Part shown: in pieces, positions 9,280-18,890 of the stretch
Layout: every line of letters begins with the position of its first letter
Position numbering within the stretch: position 1 is the first letter of the stretch
Source: an uncultured archaeon
GTDB taxonomy: Archaea; Iainarchaeota; Iainarchaeia; Iainarchaeales; Iainarchaeaceae
Direction of reading: 5' to 3'
DNA length: 32,000 bases
NCBI GenBank assembly: GCA_964577555.1
Contig: CAZNZM010000007.1
Span: forward strand, 1 to 32,000
Position numbers and translations under genes: made by a program
The notes under the pieces: model-generated
What the model was told of the DNA's origin: nothing
Databases searched by the model: none
Seen by the model: the letters and a program-made list of their open reading frames with translations, nothing else

Positions 9280-9392
9280 GGATTACCACCATTTGGTGTT
9301 TTATTAGGACTAGGCTTAAATGAATATACTGGTTTTTTTTGTTTGGGTTTAAATTTTAATTTATTATTTTTACCTGGTTTATATCTTGTCAT
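9249..9392 (-). CDS. Small basic hypothetical protein (47 aa)
   Basis: Translated by hand: MTRYKPGKNNKLKFKPKQKKPVYSFKPSPNKTPNGGNPRNNGILRKK. Strong Shine-Dalgarno-like GGAGG upstream (GGAGGAATAAAAAATG). Not in the supplied ORF track. Confidence 0.55.
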   Translation of the reverse strand: MTRYKPGKNNKLKFKPKQKKPVYSFKPSPNKTPNGGNPRNNGILRKK

Positions 9393-9518
9393 TTTTTATT
9401 CCTCCTTTTTTTTTAAATCACAATTTTTTTATCGTGGCATTCTCCTTTTTTATAGTTTTTGGCTGGCTGGGTTTTTCACTTTTTATGAATATTGTTTATC
9501 TTTGTTTTTAGATGTCCG

Positions 9519-9710
9519 CTATAATATTTTTTTTCCTTCTTCAGTTACTTTTCCTTCTTTTGTTAAAACTACTGCCTTAAATGGATCTTTTACTGGTTTT
9601 GTTTTTCTTTGTGGCCCGTGATGGACTCCCGGATTTTGTGTTGGCGGAGGCTCAATAACTGGTCCAGGATGACTTGCCGGTTTTGGTCTTGTAGTTCTAA
9701 ATGGAGCCAT
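9519..9710 (-). CDS. Small proline/basic-rich hypothetical protein (63 aa)
   Basis: MAPFRTTRPKPASHPGPVIEPPPTQNPGVHHGPQRKTKPVKDPFKAVVLTKEGKVTEEGKKIL; same strand, between guaB and the 47-aa ORF. Confidence 0.5.
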   Translation of the reverse strand: MAPFRTTRPKPASHPGPVIEPPPTQNPGVHHGPQRKTKPVKDPFKAVVLTKEGKVTEEGKKIL

Positions 9711-9741
9711 TTTTTATACAACGCTTTTTTAGTATAAAAAC

Positions 9742-11196
9742 TTATCTCCAATAATTTGGAGCTTCTTCTGTTATGGTTACGTCATGTGGATGTGATTCAC
9801 GCAATGCCGCCGAAGTTATTCTTATTAGTTTGGCTTTCTTTTTGAGTTTTGTTATTGTTTCGCAACCAGACAACCCCATTCCGCTTCTTATTCCGCCAAT
9901 CAATTGGTATACCACTTCATGAATTGTTCCTTTGTATGGCACTACTCCTTCAATGCCTTCAGGCACCAGTTTTCTTTCTTCTTCAAGATGTCCTTGGAAG
10001 TATCTGTCTTTTGAGCCTTGCATCATTGCTCCAACAGAACCCATGCCCCTGTATTGTTTGAATTTTCTGTTATTCAAATAAACAGTTTTTCCAGGGGTTT
10101 CTTCGCACCCTGCAAACAAAGAGCCAATCATTACCGCATCGGCTCCTGCTGACAAGGCTTTTACAATGTCTCCAGAGTATGTTATTCCCCCGTCAGCTAT
10201 TATTGGAATATTTCCAGCTGCTTTTGAACTCTCCAATATTGCGGTTATTTGTGGAATTCCCACTCCTGCAACCACTCTGGTTGTACAGATACTGCCAGGT
10301 CCTATTCCGACTTTTATGCCGTCCGCACCAGCCTTGATTAGGGCTTTTGTTCCTTGTGCTGTTGCAACGTTGCCTGCGATTATTTCAATGTCAAAATTTT
10401 TTTTGTATCTTTTCACAGCCTCAATCACGTTTTTTGAATGTCCGTGAGAAGTGTCTAAAACTATTACATCCGCTTCTTTTGAAATCAAGGCTTCAACCCT
10501 TATATCGTCTTTTGGGCCTACCGCGGCTCCCACCAAAAGCCTGCCTCTTTTGTCTTTTATTGCATTTGGATGTTTTCTTGCATTTTGAATATCAGTAATA
10601 GTGATAAGCCCTTTTAGTCTTCTTTCCGAATCAACGATTGGCAGTTTTTCAATTCTGTTCTTGTGCAAAATGTTTTTTGCTTCATCATCCGACACTATTT
10701 TGTCAATTGTCACCAAATCCTTGAATGGAGTCATTACTTCGCTTACAGGTTTGAATGGGTTGTCTTCAAAAAGCATATCTCTATTAGTAATCATGCCAAC
10801 GAGCTTGCCGTCATCAACAACAGGAAAACTGTTTATTCCGAATTCCTTTTTGAGGGCATGAATGCGCGACAAATTGTCTTTGGACGAAACAGTGATAGGA
10901 TTGTTAATTATCCAAAACTCGGCTCTCTTGACTTTTTCCACTTCCACAGCCTGCATTTCAGGAGTCATGTTTTTATGAATTATTCCTATGCCGCCTTCGC
11001 GAGCCAAAGCAATTGCAACAGCATGCTCCGTGACAGTATCCATTGCGGCGCTCAATATTGGAATGTTTAAAGAAATTTTACCTGTTATTTTAGTTTTTAA
11101 AGAAACGTCTTTTGGCAAGACTTGGGACTCGTCAGGAACAACCAATACATCATCAAAAGTCAAGCCTGTTTTAGAAATCAGCTTTTCTTTTACCAT
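9742..11196 (-). CDS. guaB: Inosine-5'-monophosphate dehydrogenase with CBS domains
   Basis: 484 aa; [12 protein letters not shown], tandem CBS region, [17 protein letters not shown] active-site loop, [24 protein letters not shown]. Confidence 0.97.
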   Translation of the reverse strand: MVKEKLISKTGLTFDDVLVVPDESQVLPKDVSLKTKITGKISLNIPILSAAMDTVTEHAVAIALAREGGIGIIHKNMTPEMQAVEVEKVKRAEFWIINNPITVSSKDNLSRIHALKKEFGINSFPVVDDGKLVGMITNRDMLFEDNPFKPVSEVMTPFKDLVTIDKIVSDDEAKNILHKNRIEKLPIVDSERRLKGLITITDIQNARKHPNAIKDKRGRLLVGAAVGPKDDIRVEALISKEADVIVLDTSHGHSKNVIEAVKRYKKNFDIEIIAGNVATAQGTKALIKAGADGIKVGIGPGSICTTRVVAGVGIPQITAILESSKAAGNIPIIADGGITYSGDIVKALSAGADAVMIGSLFAGCEETPGKTVYLNNRKFKQYRGMGSVGAMMQGSKDRYFQGHLEEERKLVPEGIEGVVPYKGTIHEVVYQLIGGIRSGMGLSGCETITKLKKKAKLIRITSAALRESHPHDVTITEEAPNYWR

Positions 11197-11263
11197 ACAA
11201 CATTATAAATTAAAAAATTTAAAAGAGTTGTGGTAACGGCTTTTTTGCAACGCTCTTATAATT

Positions 11264-11695
11264 CTAATTGTTTGGCTTTGCCGAATCAATTATTTTCTCT
11301 TTTATTTTTGAGCTTTTGAACATATTTTCTTTGTATGGTTTAAGCCTGACTATTTTTGCTTTCAAACCCCTTGCAGCAAGCATTTTTTCAAGTTCTGCTT
11401 CGCTTGGCTTTTGGTCATAACCCAAAGCAATTATTTCCGGTTTTATTTTTTCAACGCTGTTTATCATGTCATCTTCAAAGCCTATTACTGCTTCATCCAC
11501 AAACTTTATGTTTGCAACCATTTCCCTGCGCTCCTTTTCAGAATTGACAGGCGCTTTTCCTTTGATTTTTTTTACGTTTGAATCTGTGGCAATAATGACT
11601 ATTAACTTGTCACCCAACGACTTTGCTTGGGCAAGGTAACTTAAATGTCCCGGGTGTAAAAGGTCAAAAGTGCCAAATGCAAGAACTTTTTTCAT
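11264..11695 (-). CDS. ribL: Archaeal FAD synthase (nucleotidyltransferase, RibL type)
   Basis: 143 aa; FGTFDLLHPGHLSYLAQAKSLGD (HxGH motif) and the compact single-domain size typical of archaeal RibL. Confidence 0.85.
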   Translation of the reverse strand: MKKVLAFGTFDLLHPGHLSYLAQAKSLGDKLIVIIATDSNVKKIKGKAPVNSEKERREMVANIKFVDEAVIGFEDDMINSVEKIKPEIIALGYDQKPSEAELEKMLAARGLKAKIVRLKPYKENMFKSSKIKEKIIDSAKPNN

Positions 11696-11780
11696 ACAAA
11701 AAAAACTTGCAAAAACCCTTATATATCGTTTGCAATTTGCAACAGCATTGTTTTTATTTTTTATATGCTAAAATAATAGA

Positions 11781-11969
11781 ATGCAATACCCAAACATAGT
11801 AAAATTTTTTATAATCCTGCTTGGCGGACTTGCATTGGGTTTTGTGGCTTGGGCAATGATAATGGTTGTCAATCACGAAACTGAAAAAATAACCAAAACA
11901 TTTCCAGCTTTTGCTGGATTACTTATTTCAAATTTTTATAAAACAAAATTTTCCAAAAAACCGATTTAA
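11781..11969 (+). CDS. Small predicted membrane protein (62 aa)
   Basis: MQYPNIVKFFIILLGGLALGFVAWAMIMVVNHETEKITKTFPAF...; one strong TM segment; an AT-rich TATA-like TTTTTTATATG lies upstream. Confidence 0.5.
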   Translation: MQYPNIVKFFIILLGGLALGFVAWAMIMVVNHETEKITKTFPAFAGLLISNFYKTKFSKKPI

Positions 11970-12012
11970 GCAGGTTTAAAAAATCCTTTTCAGCCAAATT
12001 ACTTTGGTTTTC

Positions 12013-13071
12013 ATGGATATTGAATCACGCATAAATATTGTAAAAGAAGTAGGCGAAGAAATACTCACTGAAGAAGACTTGAGAAATTTGTTCAGCACCA
12101 AAGCCAACCCAATAGCTTACGACGGCTTTGAACCTTCAGGAAAAATACATGTCGCCCAAGGAGTTTTGCGCTCCATAAACATAAATAAAATGATTAAAGC
12201 AGGTTGCAAATTCAAGCTTTTAGTGGCTGATTGGCACGCTTGGGCAAACAACAAATTAGGCGGCGACCTTTCAAAAATACAAAAAGCTGGCGAATACATG
12301 ATTGAAGTATGGAAAGCAAGCGGCATGGATTTGGAAAACGTTGAATTCGTTTGGGCCTCTGACTTTATGGGTGAAAAGGATTATTGGGCCAAAGTAATGA
12401 AAATAGCGACTTATTCAACAGTTTCAAGGGTAATAAGATGTTCTCAAATAATGGGGCGAAAAGAATCAGAAACCCTGCACGCTTCCCAAATATTTTATCC
12501 ATGCATGCAAACAGCGGATATTTTTGAATTGAATGTTGATATAGCCCAACTTGGCATGGATCAAAGAAAAGTTAACGTGTTTGCAAGGGAAATAGCTGAA
12601 AAATTCGGTTGGAAAAAACCAGTTGCAGTGCATCACCACATGCTCATGGGTTTACTTCAACCAAACACCAAGGCAGAAGGCATTGAGAGGTCAATAGAAA
12701 TGAAAATGTCTAAATCCAAGCCAGATTCTGCAATATTCATGACGGATTCTGCCGAGGAAGTCGCCAGAAAAATAAACAAAGCTTATTGTCCAGAAAAAGT
12801 TGTTTCTAACAATCCGATATTAGAGTATTGCAAGCATATTGTGTTTGAAAAATTCAATGAAGTTGAAGTGGAAAGGCCGGAAAAATTCGGCGGAAACATA
12901 AGCTACTACTCTTATGCCGAGTTGGAAAAAGATTTTGCTTCAGGAAAACTACACCCAATAGACCTTAAATCTTCTGTTGTAGTTCATCTTAATAAAATTC
13001 TTAACCCAGTAAGACTGCATTTTGAGAAAGACTCCAAGGCTAGAAAAATCTTGCTTGAACTAAACAATTGA
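12013..13071 (+). CDS. tyrS: Tyrosyl-tRNA synthetase (archaeal/eukaryal type)
   Basis: YDGFEPSGKIHVAQG, QLGMDQRKVNVFAREIAEKFG, MKMSKSKPDSAIFMTD. The ORF track starts at TTG 12004; the internal ATG at 12013 (MDIESRINIV) is preferred. Confidence 0.95.
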   Translation: MDIESRINIVKEVGEEILTEEDLRNLFSTKANPIAYDGFEPSGKIHVAQGVLRSININKMIKAGCKFKLLVADWHAWANNKLGGDLSKIQKAGEYMIEVWKASGMDLENVEFVWASDFMGEKDYWAKVMKIATYSTVSRVIRCSQIMGRKESETLHASQIFYPCMQTADIFELNVDIAQLGMDQRKVNVFAREIAEKFGWKKPVAVHHHMLMGLLQPNTKAEGIERSIEMKMSKSKPDSAIFMTDSAEEVARKINKAYCPEKVVSNNPILEYCKHIVFEKFNEVEVERPEKFGGNISYYSYAELEKDFASGKLHPIDLKSSVVVHLNKILNPVRLHFEKDSKARKILLELNN

Positions 13072-13122
13072 CAATTTTTATAAAAAGAAAATATTATTAA
13101 TCGAAAAAAACTTTATTTTGGA

Positions 13123-13824
13123 ATGTTTTTTGAAGAAATAAAAAAGAACAAAGGCGCAATTTTCTTCATAATTTTTTTATTCTTGTTGATATTGCTCTTT
13201 TATTCGGCTTATGACAAGAGTTCCGGGAATTTTTCCGCGGAAAAATTGACCAAGGCTGTTTCTTTTTCAAACATGAATGAGAGTTTTAAAGAGTTGAACA
13301 AAGTAACCGCTTTGTCTGGCTTGGCGCTTGTTTCAATAGCATTTTTGCTTGGCCCATTATCAAAAATTTTTCCATCATACTTCCAAAAATTTTTGGCATG
13401 GAGAAAGTTAATAGGCAGGGCTGGTTTGGTCTTGGTTATTTGGCACGCGTTTTATTCGTTCTTTGACTTTTACTCTTCAGACATTGGAAAATTGCTTGCG
13501 GGAAACAACTCTTTGGCAATCGCTTCCGGAATTTTTGGATTGTCAATATTCTTAATGATGTCAATTACTTCAAACGACGATTTTGTCAAACGCATAGGTT
13601 ATGAAAATTGGAAAAAATTGCAAACATTAGGTTATGCAGGACTTTTTTTTGCAATAGCGCATTTTGCCTTAAACTCAATACACCCAACTAAAGGTTTTTA
13701 CATGAAACCTTCCGAAATTTTTATTTTCAGCCTCGCGGTTTTCGCATTATCAATAAGAATTGTAACGATTTTTATTAAGTTGCCTGAAAGAAGAAAGTTT
13801 GAAGAACATTTTGGGAAAACATAA
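13123..13824 (+). CDS. Predicted ferric reductase-like/MsrQ-like transmembrane protein
   Basis: 233 aa; multiple TM segments with histidines on helices (WHAFYSFFDFYSS, FFAIAHFALNSIHP) and SITSNDDFVKRIGYENWKKLQTLGYAGLF, resembling the ferric-reductase-like transmembrane domain. Confidence 0.7.
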   Translation: MFFEEIKKNKGAIFFIIFLFLLILLFYSAYDKSSGNFSAEKLTKAVSFSNMNESFKELNKVTALSGLALVSIAFLLGPLSKIFPSYFQKFLAWRKLIGRAGLVLVIWHAFYSFFDFYSSDIGKLLAGNNSLAIASGIFGLSIFLMMSITSNDDFVKRIGYENWKKLQTLGYAGLFFAIAHFALNSIHPTKGFYMKPSEIFIFSLAVFALSIRIVTIFIKLPERRKFEEHFGKT

Positions 13825-13842
13825 AAAATTAAGTGTTATTAT

Positions 13843-14151
13843 ATGCGCAAAGGAAGGCGTTTTTTAGGTGTAATAGATTCAATGAGACAATTAAAAACTT
13901 TAGGAGTAAGATTTGAATCTGATGCAGACCTAACAAGACATGTTATTCAAATTTTTGATTTATATTCCATTCCAGAATCTCGTGAAATTGCGCCGTTTGC
14001 TATGAGGGGCAAACTTGTACTTGATTTTACCGGTGTAAAACCAGTTGAAATTGCAACAATGCTTAGAATTATTAGAAGTTTTTACAATATTAATGTTAAA
14101 AAAATTAAAGACAAACCATATCTTTGGCAAGTAGAATGGGTATATGAATAA
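13843..14151 (+). CDS. Hypothetical protein (102 aa)
   Basis: MRKGRRFLGVIDSMRQLKTLGVRFESDADLTRHVIQIFDLYSIPESREIAPFAMRGKLVLDFTGVKPVEIATMLRIIRSFYNINVKKIKDKPYLWQVEWVYE; balanced composition, 19 nt after the upstream gene. Confidence 0.7.
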   Translation: MRKGRRFLGVIDSMRQLKTLGVRFESDADLTRHVIQIFDLYSIPESREIAPFAMRGKLVLDFTGVKPVEIATMLRIIRSFYNINVKKIKDKPYLWQVEWVYE

Positions 14152-14181
14152 TACTAAATTTGGATTGCTTGCGAATCAAGT

Positions 14182-15579
14182 TTATCTTTTGATTTTTTTC
14201 CACTTAACGCCTGTAGGAGTATCCAAAAGTTCTATCCCTTTTGTTTTCAATTCATCTCTAATCTTGTCCGCTTCCTTGAATTTTTTTTCCTTTCTCAAAC
14301 TTTCCCTTTGCATAATTAGTTTTTCAATTTCCTTGTCCAAAGCGACTTCTTCTTTTTCAAACGAAAAAAAACCGAAGATTGAATTCAATTCCCGCAAAAA
14401 AACCAACACCTCTTTTGCGTTTTCTTCTGAAATATTTTTTTGAGAGATCAAATAATTGATTTTTGATTGAAATTCGTAAAGCACCGCCCAAGCATTAGGC
14501 AGATTGAAATCTTCATTCATCCATTTAACAAAATTTTCTTTGGCCGAGCCAACCAAGTTTTTTATTTCAGGATTGTTATTTCCATTTTTTATTTCTTTAA
14601 GGTTTTGAATGAATTCATTCCACTTTTCAAGATTCTTTTCAGCCCTCTGAACAGCTTCTTCGTTGTAATCAATTCTTGATCGGTAATGCAGGCTTGCAAT
14701 AAAAAACCTGAAAGCTTTAGGATTGTGCTTTCGCAGCAACTCAGGTATTGTAATGAAATTGCCAAGACTTTTTGACATTTTTTCCCCATTCACTGTAAGA
14801 AATCCTGCATGCAACCAATACCTTACAAATGGAGCAACACCATAACATGCCTCGCTTTGGCAAATTTCATTTTCATGATGCGGAAAAACCAAATCAACTG
14901 CCCCGCCATGAATGTCAAATTGTTTTCCAAGATATTTGGTGCTCATTGCAGAGCATTCTATATGCCAACCTGGCCTTCCTTTGCCCCAAGGGCTTTCCCA
15001 AAAAACTTCTCCTGGCTTTGCCTTTTTCCATAAAGCAAAATCCATTGGATTTTCCTTGTCATACTTGTCTGTTTCAACTCTTGTTCCGCCAATGCTTTTT
15101 TTGATTTTTATTCTGCTCAATTTTCCGTAATTTTTGAATTTTGATATTTTGAAATAAACCCCGTCTTCGGTTTCGTATGCAAAGCCGTTTTCCTGCAACA
15201 CTTTCACCATTTCAATTATTTCTTTTATATGCTCTGTGACTCTTGGCATTTTATCAGGTTTTTTTATTCCAAGTGCATCCAAATCCTTTAAGAATAAAGG
15301 AATGTTTTTTTCAGCCAATTCAAAAATCGTAATGTCTTCCTTATTGGCTTGCTTTATCATATCGTCATGAACATCGGTAATATTTACAACATAATAAACC
15401 TTGAATCCCAAATATTCAAAATAACGCCTTATTATGTCAAAAGCAATATAAGTTCTTGCGTGCCCTATATGTCCTGGACCATAAACAGTGGGGCCGCAGA
15501 CATACATTTTAACCTCGCCTTTTTTCATAGGCTTAAATTCTTCCATGCTTCTTGAAAGCGTGTTATAAACCTTAAGCAT
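14182..15579 (-). CDS. cysS: Cysteinyl-tRNA synthetase
   Basis: 465 aa; [66 protein letters not shown]. Confidence 0.97.
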   Translation of the reverse strand: MLKVYNTLSRSMEEFKPMKKGEVKMYVCGPTVYGPGHIGHARTYIAFDIIRRYFEYLGFKVYYVVNITDVHDDMIKQANKEDITIFELAEKNIPLFLKDLDALGIKKPDKMPRVTEHIKEIIEMVKVLQENGFAYETEDGVYFKISKFKNYGKLSRIKIKKSIGGTRVETDKYDKENPMDFALWKKAKPGEVFWESPWGKGRPGWHIECSAMSTKYLGKQFDIHGGAVDLVFPHHENEICQSEACYGVAPFVRYWLHAGFLTVNGEKMSKSLGNFITIPELLRKHNPKAFRFFIASLHYRSRIDYNEEAVQRAEKNLEKWNEFIQNLKEIKNGNNNPEIKNLVGSAKENFVKWMNEDFNLPNAWAVLYEFQSKINYLISQKNISEENAKEVLVFLRELNSIFGFFSFEKEEVALDKEIEKLIMQRESLRKEKKFKEADKIRDELKTKGIELLDTPTGVKWKKIKR

Positions 15580-15650
15580 TATTAAAACCTGTAATTTTTT
15601 TGCATTGCAAATTATTATTAATAGGTTTTTTTAATAAATTGAATATTATT

Positions 15651-15919
15651 ATGCAAACAAAAAAACCCCGAAAAAAGCCGGAACAGTTAAAATTTCCTTT
15701 TCTCACGTCAAAATTTAAAACAAAAAAAATCCGGAACAGTTAGAATTTCCTTTTATGACTCCAGAATTTTTAAGACACTGCGCCAAAGTCTCTGAAAGTG
15801 CCAAAAGGAAAAGAATAAGCATGCTTTTGAGGATGATTACTCAGAAGCTTAAAAGATCAAAAAAAACAGAAAAAACAACACAAAAATTGCCAAATACAAA
15901 AAACCCCTCGTTGAATTAA
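15651..15919 (+). other. Candidate small gene split across two frames (-1 shift at poly-A)
   Basis: Frame A from ATG 15651 reads MQTKKPRKKPEQLKFPFLTSKFKTKK; frame B (-1) continues NPEQLEFPF then MTPEFLRHCAKVSESAKRKRISMLLRMITQKLKRSKKTEKTTQKLPNTKNPSLN, stop 15917-15919. Eight A residues at 15722-15729 join the frames. Confidence 0.3.
15678..15754. repeat. 24-nt direct repeat, copies at 15678-15701 and 15731-15754
   Basis: CCGGAACAGTTAAAATTTCCTTTT versus CCGGAACAGTTAGAATTTCCTTTT, one mismatch, start-to-start spacing 53 nt. Confidence 0.9.
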
Positions 15920-15944
15920 CTTTGCTTTTTAATTTGACAAATCA

Positions 15945-16175
15945 TTATTCTTCATCTTCATAATCCATTTCTTCATCAAGCTCTTGCATTTCTTCATTCT
16001 TCTTTTCAGTGTCAGTAATCAAAGTCGGCTTGCCTTTTTTTATTCCAACATTAAGCAGTTCCCTGCATTCAGGGCATTGAAAAAAGTCTCCCTCTTCATA
16101 TTCGTTATGATTGAACTCTATTTCCTCTTTACACGCAGGACACTTGACTTTGGACGGCTTTGTCGATTTAGGCAT
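15945..16175 (-). CDS. LysW-like zinc-ribbon protein with acidic C-terminus
   Basis: 76 aa; VKCPACKEEIEFNHNEYEEGDFFQCPECRELLNV (two CPxC knuckles), acidic tail EEMQELDEEMDYEDEE; no terminal EDWGE. Confidence 0.65.
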   Translation of the reverse strand: MPKSTKPSKVKCPACKEEIEFNHNEYEEGDFFQCPECRELLNVGIKKGKPTLITDTEKKNEEMQELDEEMDYEDEE

Positions 16176-16323
16176 TTGAAAACCTAATAAATGGGCTTTT
16201 CAGTAATATTTTTAAAACTTTTCAAAACCCTTCAAAACCAAAAAATTTCAAAAATATTTTGCTTCGTAAAGGATCGGGAATTTCCTTAGCTTTTTCCCAA
16301 ACCTATTCAGGTTTTGCGATTTG

Positions 16324-16941
16324 TCAGATAAAAGCATCAAGCAAGCCGGTAATGAGCGATATAAAGGTTATGAATACGCCTAAGAAAACCAGGCAAAACA
16401 CCAAGTTGGAAAAAAATCCCGTTTTTTTTACTGCATTTCCTATTTGATAAACAACATAAATCCAAAAAACAAATCCTAACAAAACCATTACTCCAGAAAC
16501 TAAAGAAACTAGTAAAATTCCTAAAGATGGGGTTGCAAGAGAATTTAGTAGTACCAACATTTCCTCTTCACTTTGGATTTCTCCCAAAACTATTGCACTG
16601 AAAAACCCCGAAAATGTAAAATAAATAATTCCAAAAATAATGGCTAATGTTACTATGGAAATAGGATAAGTAATTGAAAATGCAGAAAAAATTTGAAAAA
16701 ACCTGCCTTTTACGTCTTTGCCCTTGAAAAACCAAAGCAAAACATACATTAAAATTGCCGCCAACAACCAAATTACAAAACCATATCCAATTGAAAAAGC
16801 ATAAGTTTCTAAAAAAACTTTTCCGCCTGCAAGAAAAGTAATTATGGCGGATACTAAAAATTGCAACAAAAAGAACAAAACCGCCAAAACATAATTCGGC
16901 TTTTCAAATTGCCCTAAAACAAACGACTTTATCGGGTTCAT
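16324..16941 (-). CDS. Yip1-like polytopic membrane protein
   Basis: 205 aa; about five hydrophobic segments; IFSAFSITYPISIVTLAIIFGIIYF and GFVFWIYVVYQIGNAVKKT resemble the Yip1 family. Confidence 0.6.
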   Translation of the reverse strand: MNPIKSFVLGQFEKPNYVLAVLFFLLQFLVSAIITFLAGGKVFLETYAFSIGYGFVIWLLAAILMYVLLWFFKGKDVKGRFFQIFSAFSITYPISIVTLAIIFGIIYFTFSGFFSAIVLGEIQSEEEMLVLLNSLATPSLGILLVSLVSGVMVLLGFVFWIYVVYQIGNAVKKTGFFSNLVFCLVFLGVFITFISLITGLLDAFI

Positions 16942-17093
16942 TTGTTTACTTGTAAGTAAAAACGAGTATTTAAATATTTGTAAATTTTAAGAAGTTGGCA
17001 AAAAACAATTCATAATTTGGCTGATTAATTTTTGCCTGTACTTTAAATCACTAAAAATAATAACCACAAAAGCATTTCTTTAAGTGGATTAAA

Positions 17094-18890
17094 ATGCCTG
17101 TTTTCAGTTTGCTTTTTGACCTTGGATTCATATTGCTGGCAGCCACTTTGCTGAACATGATTGCAAGAATTTTGAATCAACCGCCACTTTTAGCATATAT
17201 AATAGCCGGGATTTTAATAGGCCCGATAGGACTTGGCTCGCTTGGTTTAAGTTTTTCAGGAATCAATATAGGCGTTACTACTTCTGAACAAATTTTGTTG
17301 CTTTCAGAACTTGGCGTGGCTTTTCTTCTTTTTTCAATCGGGATTGAAACCAATATTTCAAAACTTAAAGAACTTGGAAAAGTCGCTTTTTTTGGCACTA
17401 TAATGCAAGTATTTATTGTCACGAGCTTTGTGTTGCTTCTAAACTCTTTCCTCAATTTGCTTTCATTTCAACAAGCATTATACCTTGGAATAATAATGTC
17501 TTTTTCTTCCACAACAATAGTGGTAAAACTGCTTTCCGATTCAAGGCAAATAAACACTTTGCACGGAAGACTGATGATAGGTTTTCTTTTGGTTCAGGAT
17601 TTGATCGCAATAATAGTATTGCCTTTGCTTGAAAACATTGCAAACATTCTTTCGTTGGAAATTGTGGAGGCTCTTTTCATAAAAGTCGTTGCAATTCTCG
17701 GACTTGCTTTTCTTCTTAACAGATACATTTATCCAAAACTTTTTGAATTTGCGGCAAAGTCTGAGGAATTGTTTTTTCTTTCAGCAATGAGTTCTGTGTT
17801 TGTTTTCATTTTTCTCTCGCAAATATTGAATTTTTCCATTGCTGTTGGAGCATTCATTGCAGGAGTAACAATCTCGACTTTGCCTTATAATGTTGAAATA
17901 CTCAACCGCATAAGGGGAGTAAGAGATTTTTTGGCGACAATATTTTTTGTGACACTCGGAATCCAAATCACTCCGGCATTTGCAGAAATTTCTTTACAAA
18001 TTGTAATCTTAACACTTTTTGTCGTGATAATACTTAAGCCACTCATTTTTTTCCTGATAACATTTTTCTCAGGTTATGGCGGAAAAGCAGGAATTGTGGC
18101 AGGATTAGGCTTGATGCAAATTTCGGAATTTTCATTTATAATAGCCAACCAAGGAAAGCCAATTTTAGAAGCTACTCCGGGGCTTTATCAATTTATTATC
18201 CTTTTAATATCAATTTCAATGGCTATTACGCCATATGTTACGACATTTTCAGACAAAGCCCACTCAATTATTAATCAATTTTTTGGAAAAGTCGTACAAC
18301 TAATAAGGTCATTAAAATTTCCTTATAGAAAATTCAACAAGCTTGAAAAGATAGACTCCGACCTTTCAGGCCACATTATTGTTTTTGGCGGAGGCACCAT
18401 AGGTTCAAGCATAATTTCATATGTGATTAATTCAGGAAAAAAAGCGGTTGTTATTGATCAAGACCCTGAAATAGTGCTTTCAATGATAAGCCAAGGCATA
18501 GATTCTGTTTATGGTTTTGCCGAAAATACAGATATTTGGGACAAAGTTGCAATTCAAAAGGCAAAAATAATAGTTATTGCTGCGCCTTATTCATATTCAT
18601 TTGTTTCAGTCGTTAAAAAAATAAAAAAAATGAATCCACAAGCCCCGATTTTTGCAAGAGCCCACTATTTCAAAGACGCATTGCAATTATATAACGCAGG
18701 CGCAGATTTTGTAATAATGCCGCAAGTAGCAGGAGCCAATTTATTCATAAAAAAAATTACCGAATACCTTGAAACAGGCGATGTTTGGAAAATAAGCAAT
18801 TATCAAAGCATATTTGCCGAATACTTGAGAAACAAGGCGGAAGAAGAAAAAAACAAAATTGTTAGCTCTGAAAAGCCAAGATATTTATAA
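17094..18890 (+). CDS. Cation:proton antiporter (CPA2/KefB-like) with C-terminal TrkA-N domain
   Basis: 598 aa; N-terminal Na+/H+ exchanger-like membrane domain (LLAYIIAGILIGP, LFSIGIETN, GVTISTLPYN); C-terminal Rossmann motif HIIVFGGGTIGSSIISYVINSGKKAVVIDQDPE. Confidence 0.9.
   Translation: MPVFSLLFDLGFILLAATLLNMIARILNQPPLLAYIIAGILIGPIGLGSLGLSFSGINIGVTTSEQILLLSELGVAFLLFSIGIETNISKLKELGKVAFFGTIMQVFIVTSFVLLLNSFLNLLSFQQALYLGIIMSFSSTTIVVKLLSDSRQINTLHGRLMIGFLLVQDLIAIIVLPLLENIANILSLEIVEALFIKVVAILGLAFLLNRYIYPKLFEFAAKSEELFFLSAMSSVFVFIFLSQILNFSIAVGAFIAGVTISTLPYNVEILNRIRGVRDFLATIFFVTLGIQITPAFAEISLQIVILTLFVVIILKPLIFFLITFFSGYGGKAGIVAGLGLMQISEFSFIIANQGKPILEATPGLYQFIILLISISMAITPYVTTFSDKAHSIINQFFGKVVQLIRSLKFPYRKFNKLEKIDSDLSGHIIVFGGGTIGSSIISYVINSGKKAVVIDQDPEIVLSMISQGIDSVYGFAENTDIWDKVAIQKAKIIVIAAPYSYSFVSVVKKIKKMNPQAPIFARAHYFKDALQLYNAGADFVIMPQVAGANLFIKKITEYLETGDVWKISNYQSIFAEYLRNKAEEEKNKIVSSEKPRYL

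Noticed and set aside
11223-11257. Imperfect inverted repeat AAGAGTTG ... CAACGCTCTT between ribL and guaB
   Set aside because: It needs a 2-nt bulge and has a modest length; plausible chance structure or a weak 3' element, not enough to call.
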